Positions 1 to 7,299 of a stretch of DNA of 23,732 nucleotides are shown here, in pieces; within the stretch, counting starts at the first letter, position 1, and every line of letters begins with the position of its first letter. The translations under genes were made by a program, and so were the position numbers. The notes beneath the pieces are model-generated. The model searched no databases, was not told where the DNA came from, and saw only the letters and a list, made by a program, of their open reading frames with translations. The stretch is from NCBI GenBank assembly GCA_016840425.1, contig JAEOSI010000006.1, positions 1 to 23,732 of the forward strand, given 5' to 3'. The DNA comes from Candidatus Wukongarchaeum yapensis (GTDB taxonomy: Archaea > Asgardarchaeota > Wukongarchaeia > Wukongarchaeales > Wukongarchaeaceae).

Positions 1-358
1 TTATTGCACTGGGGTGGTCTTCTACGAGGATGTATTGTGTGAGTTGGGCTGCCACCGCGCACATAGCAAAAAGTACTGCTGCTCTTTTTTCCTTCTGTAA
101 TTTGGCAACTGGCCAGTATTCGAATCCTACGGTGAAAAGTATTAGGTAGAATAGGAATGCTACCCAAAAGTTAGCTTGATTAAGGAAAGAGAAACCTGCC
201 GCGCCTTTCAAATCACCGGCGAAGGCGTATGTGAAGATTCCGAACACAATGAAAGAGATAAGTAGTCCCCATGCAGTTGCGTTAAATCCTTTACCGATGT
301 CTAACTCGGTTACAACAGCCTCTTTTTCGGCTTTTACTTTCTCTTCTGAGGATGCCAT
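1..358 (-). CDS. Integral membrane protein of unknown function, 3'-truncated by the window edge
   Basis: Not in the ORF track; translated by hand from ATG at 358: MASSEEKVKAEKEAVVTELDIGKGFNATAWGLLISFIVFGIFTYAFAGDLKGAAGFSFLNQANFWVAFLFYLILFTVGFEYWPVAKLQKEKRAAVLFAMCAVAAQLTQYILVEDHPSAI... The frame stays open to base 1, has three hydrophobic segments, and has a strong SD (GAGGAGGT) upstream. Confidence 0.75.
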   Translation of the reverse strand, partial: MASSEEKVKAEKEAVVTELDIGKGFNATAWGLLISFIVFGIFTYAFAGDLKGAAGFSFLNQANFWVAFLFYLILFTVGFEYWPVAKLQKEKRAAVLFAMCAVAAQLTQYILVEDHPSAI

Positions 359-716
359 TACATTTCCAACCTCCTCATCACGAATATACTATTTTCACTA
401 ATTCTTGAAGTTTTTCTCTTTTGATATTTTGTAAGGCAATAAACTTGTATTTTAAACATTTTTAAAGATTATGCTAACAATGCTCTATAGAAACCGAATG
501 AAAACCAAACGCCTTTGAAATTCGATCATAATGTTTAATGAGACCGCTTTAAGTTTTAGTTTTGAGCATGTTTTTTAAAATTCTGTATAAGTAGTTAAAC
601 AGCGCTCTTATAATTAAAACCAAAGTTCGATCCCTCTTGTATAAACTTACTGAAATAGCTCAGTCAATGCCGTTAGAGCCGCCTGTTATTAATTCGTTTT
701 TGCTTTCAAGCCTTCA

Positions 717-1639
717 TCATTTTTCACTACTTGCGATTGGTTCAGGCTCTATCTGCTTTCTCCCTCTCGCTTTACCCAGATAAAGGGCACTATTGATGAG
801 TCCGATATGACTAAAAGCTTGTGGAAAATTACCTAGCTGTTCACCTGTATCGGGGTCAATTTCTTCGGAAGAGAAGTGGTTGATGCTGCATATATCGCCC
901 CCGTTTCTTTATGGGTTAACAGCTTAAGAACCAAACCAGAGCGAGTAATTAACTCATGCCATTCAAAACTAAATATACACTGTTCGATTTCGCAACTATG
1001 AGCCCAATTTACCCAATATTCACTTGTATCTTTTAACCCCTTCACTTGCCTCTGGATCTACTGGAACATGATCTCCATACTGCATCACTAGCCATACTAT
1101 ATCGCCCTCTTTAACTGGATGTACCCCAACGGCTTCAGCGTCCCTTATCTGAAGTTTAAAGGGACTATCTAGAAGGGCCTGTTCATTATTACCAAAATGG
1201 TTATAACCCCTCTTTCAGTCGGTTTAATGATTGTTTGGGTTTGAGCATAATCAGATCGGGGTTTGAAAACGATTTTCAAGTCCATAAAACCTTTATCGCA
1301 TACTATTTTCCTGTATATGCCTTTCCGTAGCTGTTTTTCCGTGTTTTCTTCTGCTATTACTGGCATAAAATCTGCCAATATGGCAGTTCCTGTGGAAGTT
1401 TTGAAAACAGCTTGGAGAACATTAGTTCTTTCAATATATCGCTGTTCTGAATCGAAGTTATCTGAGGGATAAACGGCGAAGTGACCCCCTTTATCAATAT
1501 CCAGAACGCCTGCAAAAACACTTGGGGATTCTATGTGCGGGAAGCAACACCAGTCAATAGATCCATCTTTTCCTACCAGAGCGCAGGTATTTAGATCACC
1601 GATAATTCCATAATTCTCGATTTTTTTGTAATCCTTCAT
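717..1639 (-). pseudogene. Glycoside hydrolase family 15 (glucoamylase/trehalase-like) pseudogene
   Basis: 1169..1639 has the typical N-terminus (IENYGIIGDLNTCALVGKDGSIDWCCFPHIESPSVF). After a frameshift near 1200 another frame reads HFGNNEQALLDSPFKLQIRDAEAVGVHPVKEGDIVWLVMQYG. After a second shift near 1038 it reads YWVNWA...RSGLVLKLLTHKETGAIYAASTTSLP. It then jumps to the family C-terminal motif EEIDPDTGEQLGNFPQAFSHIGLINSALYL, with stop TGA at 717-719. Confidence 0.9.
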
Positions 1640-1693
1640 TAAGCCTTTAATCCGCGTAGAAAATAACTTGTATAACTGCTAACCATAAAACTT

Positions 1694-2152
1694 TTATCTT
1701 CCATATTTTGCCATTGCTTCTCCATACTGCAAAATATGTCCTTCCATAGCCTTTTCTAAATCTTTCTTTTTAGAGCCTTTTTTCAAATCAAGAGTTGTGT
1801 CTAAACCGTAAATTTTGAAGAAGTATCTGTGTGGTTTTCCTTTCGGGGGGCAAGGACCGTTGTATCCTATTTTTCCAAAATTATTCTTTCCTTGTATCGC
1901 TTTGAAAGGTTTTGAAATCTCGCTTTCTTTTGGAATTCCCTCGGGTATAACGTTAGCTGGCTCAATATTCCAGATTACCCAGTGAGTAAAGGTACCAATA
2001 GGAGCATCTGGGTCATCAACTATTATCGCGATTGATTTTGCATTTAACTCTTCAATTTCTATTTTCGGTGAGATGTCTTCTCCGTCGCACGTGTATTTCT
2101 TAGGGAATTGGCTGAATTCAAGCTTTACATCAAGCTTTTCTATTTTTGCCAC
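1694..2152 (-). CDS. YbhB/YbcL family (PEBP, Raf kinase inhibitor-like) protein
   Basis: Motifs YTCDGEDISP, DDPDAP-GTFTHW, GYNGPCPP, HRYFF. GTG at 2152 after a purine-rich SD-like stretch is preferred over the ORF-track start at 2212. Confidence 0.92.
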   Translation of the reverse strand: MAKIEKLDVKLEFSQFPKKYTCDGEDISPKIEIEELNAKSIAIIVDDPDAPIGTFTHWVIWNIEPANVIPEGIPKESEISKPFKAIQGKNNFGKIGYNGPCPPKGKPHRYFFKIYGLDTTLDLKKGSKKKDLEKAMEGHILQYGEAMAKYGR

Positions 2153-2339
2153 CTCCTTTTCCTCAAAAAATCTTATATACCCTATCAAAATAATTTCAAT
2201 GAGAAATTTCACATAGCTTATCGTTATTAAAAATTAAAAAGTAATCCCTTTCAAAAATATCACTAACATGCTTTAAATCGTTAAAGTTTTTAATGGCAAT
2301 TACGTTCTTTTTTTGAGACTATATAGAAAACTAATTGGT

Positions 2340-2362
2340 TTTTGTAAAATCTCATTACAAAA
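2340..2362. promoter_or_regulatory. Perfect inverted repeat TTTTGTAA-N7-TTACAAAA, candidate operator
   Basis: 8-bp arms read directly, 40 bp upstream of the RCK gene in the divergent intergenic region. AT-rich, so chance cannot be excluded. Confidence 0.3.
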
Positions 2363-2402
2363 TCTTTATTGATTTATTTATTTTATAAGGGAAGGTTTAA
2401 AG

Positions 2403-3041
2403 TTGGTTCGAGAAAATGTTCTGATTGTTGGTGGTGGACGTACTGGGGAGGAAGCTTCTTCATTGCTTGAAAGTGTAGGATACAGAGTCTCCTTAATTGA
2501 ATTATCCCCCAAAAGGTGTGAAGAATTAAGCGAGAAATCTCAGAATGTCACTCTTTTCTGCGGTGATTCAAGGTTACCTTCCGTTTTAGAGAATGCTGGC
2601 GTAAAAACTACAGATATCTTTTTTGCGTTGACCAATGATGATGAAGCAAACGCTTTATGCGCTATTTTAGCCAAAAGTTATGGAGTTAAACAAATTTTTG
2701 TTCGTCTTCGGGACGAGGCTCTCATGGAAACATGTTTAAAATTAGGAATTGAAAACATTATTAATGTACCAAAAATCGTGGCAGGAATCATCAGCATGAA
2801 GCTTGAGGGCGTTGATCCTTTATCTGTTTTCACCATGCTAGCCGGACATGTCTCGATAAAAATCAAATCCTCCAAATCTTTAGGTGGAAGAATTGTAAAG
2901 GATATTGATATGCCTCATGAAAGGCGAGTTTTAGCTATTATTAGACACGGACACCTCCATCATAGAAAAGTCATCGTGCCCTCAGAAGATGAAGAAATTA
3001 AGGAAAATGATGAAATATTATTCATCCAAAAACGGTCTTAA
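2403..3041 (+). CDS. TrkA/KtrA-like RCK regulatory protein (RCK_N Rossmann fold plus RCK_C)
   Basis: VLIVGGGRTG nucleotide-binding motif, GDSR..SVLENAGV, FALTNDDEANAL, and a C-terminal VLAIIR...VIVP..DEEIKENDEILFI segment. TTG start after GGGAAGG. Confidence 0.9.
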   Translation: MVRENVLIVGGGRTGEEASSLLESVGYRVSLIELSPKRCEELSEKSQNVTLFCGDSRLPSVLENAGVKTTDIFFALTNDDEANALCAILAKSYGVKQIFVRLRDEALMETCLKLGIENIINVPKIVAGIISMKLEGVDPLSVFTMLAGHVSIKIKSSKSLGGRIVKDIDMPHERRVLAIIRHGHLHHRKVIVPSEDEEIKENDEILFIQKRS

Positions 3042-3092
3042 ATCCCATAATAAAAACGTCTATGATCCCTTTTAATAACAGTTTTTTCATTA

Positions 3093-4478
3093 GTGTTAGA
3101 GGCTCTGATTTTGTGTGCTTGGAAGTTCAGAATACTTGCAAAGGAAGAGGCTGAAGAGGCAAAAAATATCGGTAAGTGGATCCTAATCAGTTCCATTGTA
3201 GGTTTCATCGTGGGATTCGCTGTTGTACTTTTCCACTATATCTTAGTGAAGTCTGACGAATTTTTTACAAATTTGTCCGGGCAAAGAAAGATAGTTTTTC
3301 TCGTTTTTCTCTTACCAACATTAGGACTTTTTTTAAGCGGTTTGTTAACCACCCTAGCACCAGAAGCTAAAGGAGACGGTCTAAATGCTGTAATAGACTC
3401 CTATCACAAAAATTGGGGAAAAACAAGATCCCGAGCTGTACCCATCAAACTTTTAGCAAGTTCCTTAACATTAGGATCTGGTGGTAGCGCTGGCGCTCTT
3501 GGTCCCGCCATCCAAATGGGTGGCAATACAGCTTCTCTAATGGGTGATGAGTTCAAACTCGCTTTTAAAGATTCACGAACCATTACAGCTTGCGGAATGG
3601 CGGCTTCTTTTTCCGCAATTCTTGCTGCTCCTATTTCTGGCGCGGTTTTTGCTTGTGAAGTCCTTTATGGAAGAGATATTGAGTATAAACACTTGAATTA
3701 TGCAGTTATTTCGAGCATTGTTGCTTATTTTACGGGAGATGTATTCCTCAAGCGTTTCGAGATCGCAAGAAAAATCTATTTCGAAGCGCCAGAAAGCCTT
3801 ATCCAAAATTACGTTTTTAAACCGGTTCACATCCCTATCTTTATCCTTCTTGGCGTCACTTGCGCTTTTTTCGGAATCCTTTTTATAGAAACTTTAGAAG
3901 AAGTCCGTGAGAGATTTAATCTAAGCAAAGCAGATGATTATGTTAAAACCGCTATCGGGGGCTTACTTACAGGTCTTATAGCCCTTCTTGTAGGACTTTT
4001 AACTATGGATCTTGAAAAGGGAACACTGATTTTAGGTCTCAGCGTAGAGTTAATCCAAGACCTTATAGAGGATCCTGAAAACTTTTTCATTTTAGTTCTC
4101 TTCCTCTTTCTCTTGGGTAAATTGTTCGCAACTTCCGCCACTTTAGGTTCGGGGGTTTCTGGAGGGGTTGTAGTGCCAAGCTTAGCCATGGGAGCGATCA
4201 TTGGCGCCATATTTGCAGCAGCTTTTAATTTGCAGAATGGTGGCGCTATCGTTATTGTGGGTAGCATCATATTTTTTGCAGCGGTTTACCACGTACCTAT
4301 TACTGGCACGATTCTAGTAGCAGAATTATTCGGGTTTGAATTCGTGATTCCTGCAGCAATTGGAAGCTTTGTCGCCATACTTCTAATGCAACATGAATCA
4401 ATAGCAGTTAGCGCAAGAGTAAGCAAAGAAGACTGGTTAAAAGAAGGAAGAGCATACATAGACCTCAGAAATATATGA
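3093..4478 (+). CDS. CLC (EriC) family chloride channel/transporter paralog, no CBS domains, degenerate ion-binding motifs
   Basis: Multi-TM protein with PEAKGDGL, TLGSGGSAGALGP, CGMAASFSAILAAPISGAVFACE, GSGVSGGVVVPSL and PITGTILVAEL, collinear with CLC signature regions. Exact start uncertain. Confidence 0.88.
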   Translation: MLEALILCAWKFRILAKEEAEEAKNIGKWILISSIVGFIVGFAVVLFHYILVKSDEFFTNLSGQRKIVFLVFLLPTLGLFLSGLLTTLAPEAKGDGLNAVIDSYHKNWGKTRSRAVPIKLLASSLTLGSGGSAGALGPAIQMGGNTASLMGDEFKLAFKDSRTITACGMAASFSAILAAPISGAVFACEVLYGRDIEYKHLNYAVISSIVAYFTGDVFLKRFEIARKIYFEAPESLIQNYVFKPVHIPIFILLGVTCAFFGILFIETLEEVRERFNLSKADDYVKTAIGGLLTGLIALLVGLLTMDLEKGTLILGLSVELIQDLIEDPENFFILVLFLFLLGKLFATSATLGSGVSGGVVVPSLAMGAIIGAIFAAAFNLQNGGAIVIVGSIIFFAAVYHVPITGTILVAELFGFEFVIPAAIGSFVAILLMQHESIAVSARVSKEDWLKEGRAYIDLRNI

Positions 4479-4497
4479 AAAATTAGTTTAAAGTAAG

Positions 4498-5100
4498 TTA
4501 TGCATCCTTATTGACATTTTTTAGGATGTTGTATCCTCCCTTTTTTTTCACGATTTCAACGTTTCCAAAGGTTTTCTCCATACTCTTCATTATAGCCTTA
4601 ACACCTTTTCTAACAACCAATTGAAGCTTCCCTCCCTTTGTTAGGACTGTTTTTGATCCTTCCACAAGCTCTTCTATAACCTTTAAACCGGCAGATACAG
4701 GCGGGTTAGAAACAATAGCATCAAACTTCTCCTTTTTAACAGGTTCATATAAGTTTCCTGTTCGAACCCTTACATTTTGTTTCACACCGTTAAGCTCTAC
4801 ATTTTTACGCGTTAACCATGTTGCACGAACATTAACATCGGTTAAAATCACTTGGGTTTTAGGCGAGCTTTTTGCGGCAACTATTCCAAGCACACCTATA
4901 CCACACCCTAAGTCCAACAAATGACCTTTAGGAACCGCCATATATTCAGCCAAAAGAAGCGTACCCTTATCTATCTTTTTACTAGAGAAAACTCCTGGAG
5001 CAGTATAAAAACTATAAAAATCCCCCCTTATCAAGACATTCTCAATCTTAAAAAGCTTCTCGGAAGATAAAGGCAAGCTAGTATAGTAATGATCACTCAC
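4498..5100 (-). CDS. Class I SAM-dependent methyltransferase, RsmC/YbxB-like small-domain family
   Basis: MSDHYY N-terminus, GVFS..KIDKGTLLL, motif I LLDLGCGIG, and NPP motif (IVSNPP). Substrate not determinable from sequence. Confidence 0.88.
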   Translation of the reverse strand: MSDHYYTSLPLSSEKLFKIENVLIRGDFYSFYTAPGVFSSKKIDKGTLLLAEYMAVPKGHLLDLGCGIGVLGIVAAKSSPKTQVILTDVNVRATWLTRKNVELNGVKQNVRVRTGNLYEPVKKEKFDAIVSNPPVSAGLKVIEELVEGSKTVLTKGGKLQLVVRKGVKAIMKSMEKTFGNVEIVKKKGGYNILKNVNKDA

Positions 5101-5196
5101 CTAAAATCCCTTCTAAGGAAGAAGTAAGGAGAAAGAAGAGATGCCAATCAGTCTTCTTAAACTTATCCTTCTTAAAATTACACCATCTCTTATCAA

Positions 5197-7062
5197 TCAC
5201 ACTGTATTTTGTTTATCAATTTTCTTTTTTTCTTTTTCTGGAGGTTTTTTGAAAAATATTTTTTCCCATGTTTCTCTATCCAAAAGCATAAGTTCATGGG
5301 CTTTCATTAAGTCGGTCTTAGTTACTATCCCGATAGGCTTTTTTGGATTCGTTAGCAAAACCACGGGAAGCCTCCCTATACCATACTTGAACATTCTATC
5401 CATAACGTGGTGCATCGTTTCGTGAGGCTTTATAGTTATAACGCCGGAGGTAAAGAGCTCACCTAAGGTTGTAGTTTTTAGATCAATATCGGGATTTTGT
5501 AATGTATTCCGGATATCAGAAAATGTAACAATACCTACAAGCTCTCCATCCTTATTTACGATGGGGTAACCAGTATGCTTTCCCTTCATAAAAATCTCAA
5601 CCGCTTCTCCAACCGGCATAGAATCTGGAAGGGTCTCAACAGGAACAGTCATAACATCTTGAACCTTGGTTTCATCCAATATATCGAGTAGATGACCTCT
5701 CTTCATTCGGAGACCGCGTTTATATAACCGTATATGATAAATATCTGCTTCTCCGATCAAAAATATTGCCAAAGCATATGATAAAATATTGGCTGCAAGA
5801 AGTGGAGGTAACAAACTAAACTCTCCAGTCATTTCAAACAGTAAAACAGTAGAAGCAATCGGTGCTCTAGCCGCCCCGCTAAATACTGCCCCCATAGCAA
5901 CTATCGCAACCATCTCCTTATCTGCCTCTGATATAAGACCAATGCTAACCATAATCTCTCCAAATATCGCGCCCCAAGCCACCCCAAGAAACAAAGAGGG
6001 GGCAAAAGCACCTCCACTTCCACCGGAACCACAAGTAGAACCTGTAGCTATCATCTTAAAAATCAAAAAACCTACTAAAGTAATCAAAGTTAATTCTCCC
6101 TTAATCATGTTCTTCATAACATCATAACCCTGACCTGTAATCTCTGTAACTCCCCCAAAAGCTATAACGCCTACCACAAGCCCGCCCAAAGCCGGTTTTA
6201 TTTCTGGTGGTAAATCTATTTTTTCAAAAAGATCCTCAATAAAATCAAACAATCTAACCCAAGAAAAAGCAATAAAACCCGCACATAAACCAAGTAATGC
6301 AAATAAAAACATTTGTAAACTATCATCAAACCTAAAAAATGGCAACTCAATGGCAGGGTTAGCACCTCTAAAATGGACCATAACAGTAGAAGCAGTAATA
6401 GATGCAAGCACAATAAGTACCAAAGCAAAGGGTTGCATTACACCAACAAGTACCTCAAACCCAAAAAGCGCTCCCCCAAGAGGCGCATTAAAAGTAGCCG
6501 AAATTCCAGAGCATATCCCTGCAGCAGCAAGCATTCTTCTCTCCTCAAACCTAAGATTCAAAAACCGACTAATAATCGAGCCTAATCCTGCACCGATTTG
6601 ACTACAAGGTCCTTCCCTGCCCGCACTCCCCCCCGTACCGATCGTGATGCTTGTAGCAATTGCTTTCACAAAAGGTACTCTTGTCCTTATTCTACCTCCA
6701 TGAAAATAGAGCGCTTCTAACGATTCAGGTATACCGTCACCTCTTGTCTCTAACGCAAGCTTAGTGACTATACCAACAGCGAGTCCTCCTAAAGGAGGAG
6801 CTGCTAGATAAATAAGATTCCACTTGAGTTCGCTATTTTTATTGGAATAGATCGTATCTGTTAAATAGTCTATCATATAAGTAAAAATAACTACTCCCAA
6901 TCCAACAATCAAACCAACAACGATACCAAGGGACATGAGTCTAACCTCCCCCCTATATCTAAATCCTCTCCACGCATTTTCTAGTCTTTTGTGAAAGCCT
7001 ATCCTGTTCGCTTTAGATTTTCCCTTCTTTTCACCTGATTTCTGTTCTTTTTTATTTTCCAC
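5197..7062 (-). CDS. CLC family chloride transporter with C-terminal CBS pair
   Basis: GDGIPE, GGSAGREGP, FNAPLGGALFGFE, GGSGGAFAP, DIY, then two CBS repeats (VQDVMTVPVETL..., GYPIVN, IGRLPVV). GTG at 7062 after GGTGG is preferred; the ORF extends to 7125. Confidence 0.93.
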   Translation of the reverse strand: MENKKEQKSGEKKGKSKANRIGFHKRLENAWRGFRYRGEVRLMSLGIVVGLIVGLGVVIFTYMIDYLTDTIYSNKNSELKWNLIYLAAPPLGGLAVGIVTKLALETRGDGIPESLEALYFHGGRIRTRVPFVKAIATSITIGTGGSAGREGPCSQIGAGLGSIISRFLNLRFEERRMLAAAGICSGISATFNAPLGGALFGFEVLVGVMQPFALVLIVLASITASTVMVHFRGANPAIELPFFRFDDSLQMFLFALLGLCAGFIAFSWVRLFDFIEDLFEKIDLPPEIKPALGGLVVGVIAFGGVTEITGQGYDVMKNMIKGELTLITLVGFLIFKMIATGSTCGSGGSGGAFAPSLFLGVAWGAIFGEIMVSIGLISEADKEMVAIVAMGAVFSGAARAPIASTVLLFEMTGEFSLLPPLLAANILSYALAIFLIGEADIYHIRLYKRGLRMKRGHLLDILDETKVQDVMTVPVETLPDSMPVGEAVEIFMKGKHTGYPIVNKDGELVGIVTFSDIRNTLQNPDIDLKTTTLGELFTSGVITIKPHETMHHVMDRMFKYGIGRLPVVLLTNPKKPIGIVTKTDLMKAHELMLLDRETWEKIFFKKPPEKEKKKIDKQNTV

Positions 7063-7299
7063 TAATTTCCCACCAATAATCACTAAAAAAACTCTTATAT
7101 ATGCGCTTAAATTACATTCTAGCATCTAAAAACAAAACAGTTTAAAAGAAGATTCTTAAAAATTCCTATATTAATCTTGTAAAACAACTTAAATTTTAAT
7201 TTTTCTCAAAGAAAATAAAAAAAGCAAATAAAGGCAACCCCGTATAATAATAATCGCTCACCTAACATTCCCTTTTCTTATCTGTTTCTATAGCCGTTT

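Noticed and set aside
358-363. ATG-TAA mini-ORF overlapping the start of the first gene (ATGTAATG)
   Set aside because: Too short to distinguish from chance; no evidence of a regulatory role.
621-693. tRNA-like words in permuted order: GTTCGATCC (T-loop-like) followed by TAGCTCAG...AGAGC and CTGTTA
   Set aside because: The T-stem, anticodon stem and acceptor stem do not pair, and the D-loop would be 14 nt. Most likely chance; a covariance-model search would settle it.
1030-1205. Programmed frameshifting in the GH15 gene
   Set aside because: Two shifts plus loss of most of the catalytic domain fit decay better, and no clear slippery site with a stimulatory structure is present.
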